64,000 nucleotides of DNA from Oliverpabstia sp. (GTDB taxonomy: Bacteria; Bacillota; Clostridia; Lachnospirales; Lachnospiraceae). The translations under genes were made by a program, and so were the position numbers. Numbering within the stretch: position 1 is the stretch's first letter; each line of letters begins with the position of its first letter. Below the pieces are notes generated by a model that saw nothing but the letters and a program-made list of their open reading frames with translations, made no database searches and had not been told where the DNA came from. Shown here one piece after another: positions 27,796-36,334 of the stretch. The stretch is taken from NCBI GenBank assembly GCA_034114925.1, contig JAXEUM010000084.1:49283-113282 (forward strand), in the 5' to 3' direction.

Positions 27796-28719
27796 ATGGA
27801 CGAAACAATATTAAAAATAGAACATTTGAATATTTCCTTTTCCCAATACGGAAAAGGGTTGCGGCAGATAGAACTTCCGGTAATCCGGGATCTGGACGTG
27901 GAAGTGAAGGCAGGAGAAATGGTAGCGGTGGTAGGCTCCAGCGGTTCGGGAAAAAGTCTTTTGGCCCATGGGGTGATGGGGATTCTGCCTTATAACGCCA
28001 GTATGGGAGGAACGATCCTTTATCGTGGAGAGCCGCTTACGAAAGAAAAGATCAAAAGACTCCGGGGAAATGAAATTGTTATGGTACCCCAAAGTCTTTC
28101 GTATCTGGATCCACTGATGAAAATCGGTCCCCAGATACGAAATGGAAAAAATGAGGAACCACGGAAAAAGAAATTAAAAGAAATATTTCAGCGATACCAT
28201 TTGAAGGAAGAAGTAGAAGAAAAATATCCTTTTGAATTGTCCGGCGGCATGAGCAGAAGAATCCTTATTTCTACGGCGATGATTGAAAATCCTCAGTTGG
28301 TCATTGCGGATGAACCTACACCGGGACTGGATCTGGCTATGGCAAAGAGAGCTATGAGCCATTTTCGGGAACTGGCAGATCAGGGGGCAGGTGTTCTGGT
28401 GATTACCCATGATCTGGAACTGGCACTGGAGGTGGCAGATAAAATAGTGGTTTTTTATGCGGGAACTACAGTAGAAGAAGCCAATATTCCGGATTTTCAA
28501 CAGGAAAACACCCTTCGCCATCCTTATACCAAAGCGCTGTGGAGGGCATTGCCGCAAAATGGCTTCCAGTTCATTCAGGGCAGTCAACCTTATGTGAAAG
28601 ATATGCCCCAGGGGTGTCCTTTTGCTCCCCGCTGTGAGCGATGTACAGAAAAATGTAAAGGAGAAATTCCTTATAAAGAATTGCGTGGCGGTAAAGTCCG
28701 TTGTATCATGGAAACATAA
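27796..28719 (+). CDS. ABC ATP-binding protein (DppD/OppD-like with Cys-rich C-terminal extension)
   Basis: Walker A GSSGSGKS, signature LSGGMSRR, Walker B LVIADEPT, C-terminal CPFAPRCERCTEKC. Confidence 0.9.
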   Translation: MDETILKIEHLNISFSQYGKGLRQIELPVIRDLDVEVKAGEMVAVVGSSGSGKSLLAHGVMGILPYNASMGGTILYRGEPLTKEKIKRLRGNEIVMVPQSLSYLDPLMKIGPQIRNGKNEEPRKKKLKEIFQRYHLKEEVEEKYPFELSGGMSRRILISTAMIENPQLVIADEPTPGLDLAMAKRAMSHFRELADQGAGVLVITHDLELALEVADKIVVFYAGTTVEEANIPDFQQENTLRHPYTKALWRALPQNGFQFIQGSQPYVKDMPQGCPFAPRCERCTEKCKGEIPYKELRGGKVRCIMET

Positions 28720-28771
28720 ATATTTAAAGAAACAGGAACGAATCTGAATACTGCCTGAAAAGGAGAAATTC

Positions 28772-29380
28772 ATGAAACTAGAGATAAAGAACGTAACATA
28801 TCAGTACGGAGAAAAAGAGAAAAAAATATTGCAGGATTTTTCATTTTCCATGACGAATCAGGAGAGAATTGGTCTGGTGGCGCCCAGTGGTGTAGGAAAA
28901 ACAACGTTATGTAAACTTATAAGCGGATATTTGAAACCGGATCAGGGAGAAATCCTGTTGGACGGAAAACCAATCCAAGAGTATAGAGGGTATTGTCCCG
29001 TACAAATGATCTGGCAGCAGCCGGAGTTGGCGGTAAATCCAAGACGTCCCATGCGGTCTGTGTTGGAAGAAGGGGATGAGATTGACGAAAGAATCATTCG
29101 TGAACTGGGAATAGAACCAGACTGGATGAATCGTTTTCCCTCCGAACTTTCCGGAGGAGAAATGCAAAGATTTTGTATAGCAAGAGCGCTGGGAAAACGA
29201 ACCCGCTTTCTGATTGCTGATGAAATCAGCACCATGTTAGATCTGATTACTCAAAGTCAGATATGGAATTTTCTTCTTGAAGAAGTAAAGGAAAGAGAAA
29301 TTGGTCTGATTGCGGTAAGTCACAACAAGCCGTTGTTAGAAAGGGTATGTACCCGGCAGATACCGGTGGGAATAAAATAG
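28772..29380 (+). CDS. ABC ATP-binding protein (short DppF/NikE-like)
   Basis: Walker A APSGVGKTT, signature LSGGEMQR, Walker B FLIADE. Only 202 aa, with no C-terminal extension. Confidence 0.85.
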   Translation: MKLEIKNVTYQYGEKEKKILQDFSFSMTNQERIGLVAPSGVGKTTLCKLISGYLKPDQGEILLDGKPIQEYRGYCPVQMIWQQPELAVNPRRPMRSVLEEGDEIDERIIRELGIEPDWMNRFPSELSGGEMQRFCIARALGKRTRFLIADEISTMLDLITQSQIWNFLLEEVKEREIGLIAVSHNKPLLERVCTRQIPVGIK

Positions 29381-29411
29381 ATACAGGCGCTTATTGCCAA
29401 GGGAGGTTCTT

Positions 29412-30047
29412 ATGCGAGAAGAGGAAAAAATTAAAGAGGGGATTTTATTTTGCCCCGGAGATCCGGAATTAAAAGCTATCAAATTAAAAACTCACAAATT
29501 AAATGTGGACTATAACCGTACCTATGAAGATGAAAGTGAAAAGCGTGCTGCCATTCTTTCAGAGATGATTGGTGAATTGGGTGAGGGAAGTTTTATACAG
29601 GGGCCGGTATCCTTTCATTATGGAAAACACACGAAAATAGGGAAAAAATTTTTCGGTAATTTTAATCTGACAATTCAGGATGATGCAGAGGTAACGATAG
29701 GGGATCATTGTGATTTTGGTCCCAATGTAACGATTGTAACTCCGATCCACCCCATGCTGGCTGAAGAGCGAAAAGAAATTCTGACCGCAGACGGAGAAAA
29801 GAAGCGTTTATGTTATGCAAAACCGGTTCATATCGGGAATAATTGCTGGTTGGGTGCATCTGTTACCATATGTCCCGGCGTGACGATTGGAGATGACTGT
29901 GTAATCGGTGCAGGAAGCGTGGTTACAAGAGATATTCCCAAAGGCAGCTTTGCCGCAGGAGTACCATGTAAAGTGATCAGACCGATTACGGAAAAGGACA
30001 GCATGAAATACAAGCCGGAAATTCTGGGGGATAATACGATATTATAA
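29412..30047 (+). CDS. Maltose/galactoside O-acetyltransferase (hexapeptide-repeat, Maa/LacA-like)
   Basis: Mac N-terminal domain (MREEEKIKEGILF.PGDPEL) and left-handed beta-helix repeats (IGNNCWLGASVTICPGVTIGDDCVIGAGSVV). Start moved to ATG 29412 after SD GGGAGG. Confidence 0.85.
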   Translation: MREEEKIKEGILFCPGDPELKAIKLKTHKLNVDYNRTYEDESEKRAAILSEMIGELGEGSFIQGPVSFHYGKHTKIGKKFFGNFNLTIQDDAEVTIGDHCDFGPNVTIVTPIHPMLAEERKEILTADGEKKRLCYAKPVHIGNNCWLGASVTICPGVTIGDDCVIGAGSVVTRDIPKGSFAAGVPCKVIRPITEKDSMKYKPEILGDNTIL

Positions 30048-30075
30048 AACTGCCCACTGGAAGATTTGAAGTAAT

Positions 30076-30164
30076 ATATATGCCCGGTCAAAGGCATTTG
30101 TCGAGTACATCTTTGAGACCTCAGGCCCAAAGTGAGCGTAGACTGCCTTTGATCGGGCATATAT
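30076..30164. repeat. Long inverted repeat (21-bp arms, 47-nt spacer) between convergent genes; hairpin-repeat family B
   Basis: ATATATGCCCGGTCAAAGGCA (30076-30096) against TGCCTTTGATCGGGCATATAT (30144-30164), 20/21 complementary. Arms resemble the 3188-3257 hairpin arms (GCCAGGGTCAAAAGG / CCTTTATGACCCGCC). Confidence 0.75.
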
Positions 30165-30189
30165 TATTTGATAATGTTACAGATATTTA

Positions 30190-32022
30190 TCAGCCATTTT
30201 TCAGGTTTTCTCTTTTTCTCAGACGAGAATCCAGAATTTTCTTTCGGATTCGCAGACTGGTAGGAGTAACCTCAAGAAGTTCATCTTTATCGATAAAGTC
30301 AAGAGCCTGTTCCAGACTGAGAATTTTTGGCGGCGTCAGTTTCAGAGCATCATCGGCAGAAGAAGAACGGGTATTGGTCAAGTGCTTTGTCTTACATACG
30401 TTCAGTTCGATGTCTTCTGCTTTTCCATTCTGTCCGATAACCATACCGGCATACACTTTCTGCCCTGGTCCGATGAACAATGTTCCACGTTCCTGTGCGG
30501 AGAACAGACCATAGGTTACAGATTCTCCCGCTTCGAAAGCAATGAGAGAACCCTGTTTTCGGTAATTGATATCTCCTTTGTAGGGAGCATATTCATCGAA
30601 AATAGTATTAATAATACCAGTTCCTTTTGTGGAGGTCATGAATTCACCGCGGAAACCGATGAGGCCGCGGGCAGGAACTTCAAATTCCAGTCGGGTGGAA
30701 CCATCACTTGCCAGGCTCATTCCCTGAAGAGCGCCTTTTCTTTCACTGATTTTCTGGATGATCGTTCCGGAGTATTCTTCCGGTACATCAATATATGCCA
30801 GTTCCATAGGCTCCAGAAGTTTTCCTCTTTCGTCCTGTTTGTAGATAACTTCTGCCTTGCTTACAGCAAATTCATATCCTTCACGGCGCATATTTTCAAT
30901 AAGAACAGACAGATGAAGTTCTCCTCGTCCGGATACCTTAAAGCAATCCGGAGAGTCTGTATCTTCCACACGAAGGCTGACGTCTGTATTCAGTTCTCTT
31001 TTCAGACGTTCTCCCAGATGGCGGGAAGTTACGTATTTTCCCTCCTGACCTGCCAGAGGACTGTCATTTACCATAAATTGCATGGAAATTGTAGGTTCGG
31101 AAATTTTCTGGAAAGGAATAGGTTCCGGGTTTGCCACATCACACAGAGTATCTCCGATATGAATATCCGGGATACCGGAGATGGCAACGATAGAACCAAT
31201 GCCAGCTTCCTGAACTTCCACCTTATTCAAACCGTCAAATTCATATAATTTGCTGATTTTTACTTTTTTCTTTTTGTCAGGTTCATGGTGGTTCATCAGC
31301 ATAACTTCCTGATTTACTGCGATCTTACCGTTATCCACCTTACCTACGCCGATACGTCCCACATATTCGTTATAATCGATGGTACTGATAAGTACCTGAG
31401 TACCCGCGTCAGGATCGCCTTCCGGAGCCGGAATATATTTGAGAATAGTTTCAAATAAAGGTTCCATATTTTCTGGTGTGTCGTTCAGATCAAGGACAGC
31501 ATGTCCCGCTTTGGCAGAAGCGTACAGGAAAGGACAATCTAACTGTTCGTCAGAAGCGTCCAGATCCATCAGAAGTTCCAGAACTTCATCAATTACTTCA
31601 TTGGGGCGAGCCTCCGGACGGTCAATTTTATTGATGCAGACAATTACGTGAAGATCCAGTTCCAGAGCTTTTTTCAGAACGAATTTTGTCTGAGGCATGG
31701 CGCCTTCGAAAGCGTCTACCACCAGAATAACGCCGTCCACCATTTTCAGGACACGTTCTACCTCGCCGCCGAAATCGGCATGACCAGGGGTATCGATAAT
31801 GTTAATTTTGGTATCTTTGTAATAAACTGCTGTATTTTTTGAAAGAATGGTGATACCGCGTTCCCGTTCAATGTCATTGGAGTCCATGACACGTTCCTGA
31901 ACTTCCTGGTTGGCACGAAAAACACCGCTTTGGCGCAGGAGCTGATCCACCAGGGTGGTTTTGCCGTGATCTACGTGAGCGATGATTGCGATATTTCGGA
32001 TATCTTCTCTTTTAATTTTCAT
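30190..32022 (-). CDS. typA: Translational GTPase TypA/BipA
   Basis: MKIKREDIRNIAIIAHVDHGKTTLVDQLL, DTPGHADFGGEVER, NKIDRP; 610 aa. Confidence 0.95.
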   Translation of the reverse strand: MKIKREDIRNIAIIAHVDHGKTTLVDQLLRQSGVFRANQEVQERVMDSNDIERERGITILSKNTAVYYKDTKINIIDTPGHADFGGEVERVLKMVDGVILVVDAFEGAMPQTKFVLKKALELDLHVIVCINKIDRPEARPNEVIDEVLELLMDLDASDEQLDCPFLYASAKAGHAVLDLNDTPENMEPLFETILKYIPAPEGDPDAGTQVLISTIDYNEYVGRIGVGKVDNGKIAVNQEVMLMNHHEPDKKKKVKISKLYEFDGLNKVEVQEAGIGSIVAISGIPDIHIGDTLCDVANPEPIPFQKISEPTISMQFMVNDSPLAGQEGKYVTSRHLGERLKRELNTDVSLRVEDTDSPDCFKVSGRGELHLSVLIENMRREGYEFAVSKAEVIYKQDERGKLLEPMELAYIDVPEEYSGTIIQKISERKGALQGMSLASDGSTRLEFEVPARGLIGFRGEFMTSTKGTGIINTIFDEYAPYKGDINYRKQGSLIAFEAGESVTYGLFSAQERGTLFIGPGQKVYAGMVIGQNGKAEDIELNVCKTKHLTNTRSSSADDALKLTPPKILSLEQALDFIDKDELLEVTPTSLRIRKKILDSRLRKRENLKNG

Positions 32023-32243
32023 AAATATTTCCTTTCTTCAATGATCAAACCCTTGCGGGCTACAGGATTTTCTACCGATACAAGTCTATCACATTTTTCT
32101 AAGATTACAAGGGAAATAGGAAAAAAAATCGACTTTACCGGGGAAGGTTTCCGAAGAAGCCGGATTTTTGTCGATGAAAAAAAAGAATATCTTTTTATTT
32201 CCCGGCATATATAAAATATATCAACAGATAAATGGAGGAAATT

Positions 32244-32894
32244 ATGGAAATGACACAGGAAAATAATAATCATTCATGGGCAGTAGAAAACAACCAGGTG
32301 GAAATCATGGGAAAAATCGCATCCCAGTTTACTTTCAGCCATCAGGTATTTGGTGAAGGGTTTTATATGGTAGATGTGCTGGTAAAACGGCTCAGCGAGT
32401 CAGAAGACAGGATACCGGTAATGATTTCTGAGAGACTTCTTGATGTGACAGAAGATTATGAAGGAGAATATATTCATGTGATGGGACAGTTTCGTTCTTA
32501 CAATCGCCACGAAGAAAAGAAAAACAGACTGGTATTATCTGTTTTTGCCAGAGAAGTGGAATTTGTGGCAGATGATGATGAAAACATGAAATCAAATGCC
32601 ATTTTTCTGGATGGATACATATGTAAACCACCGGTTTACCGGAAAACTCCTTTGGGCAGAGAAATCGCCGATCTTCTGATTGCAGTAAACCGACCTTATG
32701 GGAAATCAGATTACATCCCCTGTATCTGCTGGGGAAGAAATGCCCGTTATGCATCGGCTTTTCAGGTGGGCGGTCATGTGTTGATCTGGGGAAGGATTCA
32801 AAGTAGAGAATACGTAAAAAGAATCAGTGAGGAAGAGACAGAGAAAAGAACGGCATATGAAATTTCTGTAAGTAAACTGGAGTATGTGGATTGA
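32244..32894 (+). CDS. SSB-like protein with two tandem OB folds and no acidic C-terminal tip
   Basis: Two halves each look like an SSB OB fold (VEIMGKI...IPVMISERL...YIHVMGQFRSYN...RLVLSVFAREVEF and NAIFLDGYICK...IPCICWGRNARYA...GGHVLIWGRIQSREY...YEISVSKLEYV). Start ambiguous (32232/32244/32250); 32244 fits SD GGAGG best. Confidence 0.5.
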   Translation: MEMTQENNNHSWAVENNQVEIMGKIASQFTFSHQVFGEGFYMVDVLVKRLSESEDRIPVMISERLLDVTEDYEGEYIHVMGQFRSYNRHEEKKNRLVLSVFAREVEFVADDDENMKSNAIFLDGYICKPPVYRKTPLGREIADLLIAVNRPYGKSDYIPCICWGRNARYASAFQVGGHVLIWGRIQSREYVKRISEEETEKRTAYEISVSKLEYVD

Positions 32895-32919
32895 CAAGAA
32901 AATTGAATAATGCTATAGT
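32891..32919 (+). promoter_or_regulatory. Near-consensus sigma-A promoter (extended -10) of the lysine-riboswitch/dapAB transcript
   Basis: TTGACA (32891-32896), 17 nt, TGcTATAGT (-10 at 32914-32919). Confidence 0.7.
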
Positions 32920-32928
32920 AAATGAAAC

Positions 32929-32955
32929 GTAACTGCAATAATATTGAGTAGTTAC
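32929..32955. repeat. 27-bp 8-11-8 GTAAC palindrome
   Basis: GTAACTGC aataatattga GTAGTTAC; arms 7/8. Flanking octamers AATGAAAC / CATGTAAC are 6/8 identical. Confidence 0.5.
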
Positions 32956-32959
32956 CATG

Positions 32960-33206
32960 TAACGCAGAGATAGAGGTTGCACGTTCTATCAGTACCTTTT
33001 CAGATGTATCAGGAGCAGGGGAAGGAAGGGGAAAGGAGAGGGTGCCGAAGGAGTAGGAGACCTGAGATTTTATTCCTGGGCATAGAGGTGAAAAACCATA
33101 TGACTGTCATCGCAAGATGGAGTGCTATCGAAAGAAACAAATGAAATGATTTCATTGCGAATTCTTGAGAGGTGGGCTTCCGTTGGCGGCACACCTCTAT
33201 TTTATT
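32960..33206 (+). promoter_or_regulatory. Lysine riboswitch (L-box) with terminator expression platform
   Basis: L-box blocks are present: GATAGAGGTTGCA, GGGGAAAGGAGAGGGTGCCGAAGG, CCTGGGCA, GACTGTCA, GGAGTGCTATC. The terminator is AGAGGTG...CACCTCT followed by ATTTTATT (about 33165-33206). It sits directly upstream of dapA. Confidence 0.85.
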
Positions 33207-33234
33207 ACATAACCAAACAGAAAGGAGATTTGTT

Positions 33235-34125
33235 ATGGCTATTTTTACAGGTGCAGGCGTGGCGATTGTCACACCAATGAAGGATAATTATGAGGTTAAT
33301 TATGAGAAGCTGGATGAGATTCTGGAAGCACAGATTGCGGGAGGAACAGACTGTATTGTTATCTGTGGAACTACGGGAGAATCTGCAACTCTTACAGTAA
33401 CAGAACATTTGGAGACAATAAAATTTACTATTGAACACGTGAAACGTCGAATTCCTGTAATTGCGGGGACAGGATCGAATTCCACTGCTACAGCCATGCA
33501 GATGTCTGTGGAGGCAGCAAAAGCAGGAGCAGATGGAATTCTTCTGGTGACTCCTTACTATAATAAAGCTACCCAGAACGGACTGATCAAGCATTATACA
33601 ACAATTGCAGAGGCTGCAAAAGTTCCGGCAGTGTTATATAATGTTCCCAGTCGTACCGGTTGTAGTATGTCAGCAGACACGATTGCACACTTGGTGAAAA
33701 ATGTAGAATATATTGTGGGAGTAAAGGAAGCTTCCGGTAATATCAGTCATGTGGCAGAAACCATGGAAAAATGTGACGGAAATATTGATCTGTATTCCGG
33801 AAATGATGACCAGATTGTTCCAATCATGTCATTAGGTGGAAAGGGTGTTATTTCTGTACTTTCTAATGTGGCGCCCCGGGAAACTCATGATATTGTAGAA
33901 CTCTTTTTACAGGGACGGATTGAAGAAAGCCGCGCTCTTCAGTTGAAAGCAATCCCGTTGATAAAAGCATTGTTCAGCGAAGTGAATCCTATTCCGGTAA
34001 AAGCTGCCATGAATCTGATGGGAATGGAAGTGGGACCACTTCGTATGCCGCTTACCGAGATGGAAGAAGCACATAAAAAAGTTCTGGCAGAGGAACTGGT
34101 AAAATTTGGTCTCAAATTGGCTTAA
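33235..34125 (+). CDS. dapA: 4-hydroxy-tetrahydrodipicolinate synthase
   Basis: MAIFTGAGVAIVTPM..., GTTGESATLT, catalytic Lys block IVGVKEASGN. Start moved to ATG 33235 (SD AAAGGAG); the track ORF start 33172 lies inside the riboswitch terminator. Confidence 0.95.
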   Translation: MAIFTGAGVAIVTPMKDNYEVNYEKLDEILEAQIAGGTDCIVICGTTGESATLTVTEHLETIKFTIEHVKRRIPVIAGTGSNSTATAMQMSVEAAKAGADGILLVTPYYNKATQNGLIKHYTTIAEAAKVPAVLYNVPSRTGCSMSADTIAHLVKNVEYIVGVKEASGNISHVAETMEKCDGNIDLYSGNDDQIVPIMSLGGKGVISVLSNVAPRETHDIVELFLQGRIEESRALQLKAIPLIKALFSEVNPIPVKAAMNLMGMEVGPLRMPLTEMEEAHKKVLAEELVKFGLKLA

Positions 34126-34148
34126 AACTGTGAGAAGAGGATAAAGAA

Positions 34149-34904
34149 ATGGTAAAAGTAATTATGCATGGCTGTAATGGTCATATGGGACAGGTGATCA
34201 CCGGACTGATTGCTGCTGATCCGGATATTGAAATCGTAGCAGGGATTGATCTGGCAGATAATCGGGATAACGGTTATCCTGTATTTACAGATATCTGGAA
34301 ATGTCAGGTAGAAGCAGATGTGGTAATCGATTTTTGTTCTGCAAAAGCGGTGGATACCCTTCTGGATTACTGTGTAGAAAGAAAAATCCCTGTGGTACTG
34401 TGTACTACAGGACTGAGTGAAGAACAGTTGAAAAAAGTAGAAGATGTCAGCAAGAGTGTGGCAGTACTGAAGTCGGCTAATATGTCACTGGGAATCAATT
34501 TGTTGCTGAAACTGGTGAAAGAAGCAGCACAAACACTGGCAGCGGCAGGATTTGATATGGAGATTCTGGAAAAACACCATCGACTGAAGGTGGATGCCCC
34601 CAGCGGGACGGCGCTTGCTCTGGCAGACAGTATCAACGAGGGATTGAATCAGGAATACCATTATACATATGACAGAAGTCAGGTGAGACAAAAGAGGGAT
34701 CCCAAAGAGATTGGAATCAGCGCAGTCCGTGGAGGAACAATTGTGGGAGAGCACGATGTAATATTTGCAGGGGAAGATGAAGTGATTACTTTCCAGCACA
34801 CTGCCCACTCAAAAACAATTTTTGCAAAAGGTGCAATCCAGGCAGCCAAATATCTGGCGGGAAAAGAGCCGGGATGGTATCAGATGAGCGATGTGATCGG
34901 ATAA
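34149..34904 (+). CDS. dapB: 4-hydroxy-tetrahydrodipicolinate reductase
   Basis: N-terminal Rossmann G.NGHMG, and EKHHRLKVDAPSGTA (the E-x-HH-x-K-x-DAPSGTA signature). Confidence 0.95.
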   Translation: MVKVIMHGCNGHMGQVITGLIAADPDIEIVAGIDLADNRDNGYPVFTDIWKCQVEADVVIDFCSAKAVDTLLDYCVERKIPVVLCTTGLSEEQLKKVEDVSKSVAVLKSANMSLGINLLLKLVKEAAQTLAAAGFDMEILEKHHRLKVDAPSGTALALADSINEGLNQEYHYTYDRSQVRQKRDPKEIGISAVRGGTIVGEHDVIFAGEDEVITFQHTAHSKTIFAKGAIQAAKYLAGKEPGWYQMSDVIG

Positions 34905-34917
34905 AAGAAATAATAAG

Positions 34918-34953
34918 AAGACCGTCTGTAAAAATGCAGGCGGTCTTTTTTTG
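34918..34953 (+). terminator. Rho-independent terminator after dapB
   Basis: AAGACCGTCTG taaaaatg CAGGCGGTCTT followed by TTTTTT. Confidence 0.85.
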
Positions 34954-35022
34954 AAAAATTTTCCTGTACAGAATCATGTATATTTTCCTTTCCTTTGTGC
35001 ATAGTAAGGATAGTAAATTTAA

Positions 35023-35053
35023 ATGTAACTGTTTCGTATTTTCACAGTTACAT
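35023..35053. repeat. 27-31-bp GTAAC palindrome (8-11-8 core)
   Basis: ATGTAACTGT ttcgtattttc ACAGTTACAT, perfect 10-bp arms. Confidence 0.55.
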
Positions 35054-35079
35054 ACTAATAAAGAAAAGGAGATTAGAGT

Positions 35080-35442
35080 ATGAAAAGATGTTTGAACAGA
35101 TGGATCATGATTCTGGGTATGACAGTTGCAGTAGGGATGGCGGCAGGCTGCGGCAATTCCAATGATAACAAAGACAAAGATAATTCCGGCGCTGTAGAGG
35201 AAAATCAAATGGTACCGGAGGGAGAAACAGATAAAAATGGTATGGATGATGATAATGTGAATGATGCTACTTCCGGTGACACAGAAGAAAAGAAAGAAAA
35301 TGATAACGGAAATGTAGTGGAAGACTTGGGAGAAGATGTAGGTCAGGGAATTAAGGATCTGGGAGAAGGCGTAGGAGAAGGTGTGGAAGATATCACCGGA
35401 GGCGGCAGCGAGAAAGAAAATAATATGAATGCTAACAAATAA
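35080..35442 (+). CDS. Small acidic lipoprotein, unknown function
   Basis: Signal peptide with lipobox VGMAAGC|G. The mature part is D/E/N/G-rich and low complexity. Confidence 0.55.
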   Translation: MKRCLNRWIMILGMTVAVGMAAGCGNSNDNKDKDNSGAVEENQMVPEGETDKNGMDDDNVNDATSGDTEEKKENDNGNVVEDLGEDVGQGIKDLGEGVGEGVEDITGGGSEKENNMNANK

Positions 35443-35501
35443 TCGCCTTGCTGTCAGAAAAAAATGATGGTATCATCAATGCATGGAAAGGGGATAGAAA
35501 G

Positions 35502-36278
35502 ATGAAGTTTCGGCCATGCATTGATATACATAATGGAAAAGTAAAACAGATTGTAGGAGGAAGTCTGCTGGATCAGGGAGATCAGGCGGAAGAAAATTTT
35601 GTGTCCGGTCAGGATGGAGCTTATTATGCCAGACTTTACCAGTCCTATGGGATCCGAGGAGGACATATCATTTTATTAAATCCGGCGATATCCCCTTATT
35701 ATCAGGCTACAAAACAGCAGGCGTTGGAAGCTCTGGCAGCTTATCCGGGAGGATTGCAGGTGGGAGGAGGTATTCACAATGAAAATTGTGAAGAATTCTT
35801 AAGAGCAGGAGCCAGCCATGTGATCGTGACCTCCTTTGTATTTCGAGATGGACAAATCTGCTGGGAAAATCTGAAAAAAATGGAACAGGCGGTGGGGAAA
35901 AAACATCTGGTATTGGATCTTAGCTGTCGGAAAAAAGACGGACAGTACTATATTGTTACAGATCGATGGCAGAAATTTACCCAGGTTCCCGTGACAGAGG
36001 AAATATTAGAAGAATTTTCCGGACACTGTGACGAATTTCTTATTCATGCAGTGGATGTGGAGGGAAAAGCATCCGGAATTGAAGAAGAGCTGGTAAGAAT
36101 GCTGGCAAAGTGTACCCGGATTCCAATAACTTATGCCGGAGGTGTGGGAAGCTTTCATGATCTGGAGATACTCCGCAATGCGGGAAAAAATCATGTGGAT
36201 GTGACAATAGGAAGCGCCCTGGATCTTTTTGGGGGAACTATGGAGTTTGAAAAGGTTTTGGGATTTATGGGAAAGTAA
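35502..36278 (+). CDS. Eukaryote-type (His6-like) ProFAR isomerase HisA
   Basis: MKFRPCIDIHNGKVKQIVGGSL, LQVGGGI, VLDLSCRKKDGQYYIVTDRWQKFT, EFLIHAVDVEG, YAGG and GSALDLFGG closely parallel yeast His6 blocks. Start moved to ATG 35502. Confidence 0.8.
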   Translation: MKFRPCIDIHNGKVKQIVGGSLLDQGDQAEENFVSGQDGAYYARLYQSYGIRGGHIILLNPAISPYYQATKQQALEALAAYPGGLQVGGGIHNENCEEFLRAGASHVIVTSFVFRDGQICWENLKKMEQAVGKKHLVLDLSCRKKDGQYYIVTDRWQKFTQVPVTEEILEEFSGHCDEFLIHAVDVEGKASGIEEELVRMLAKCTRIPITYAGGVGSFHDLEILRNAGKNHVDVTIGSALDLFGGTMEFEKVLGFMGK

Positions 36279-36334
36279 CATTCCTAAAGTTTACAGTTAA
36301 AATTGTGAATTGTATATAAAGTTTGCAAAAAAAG

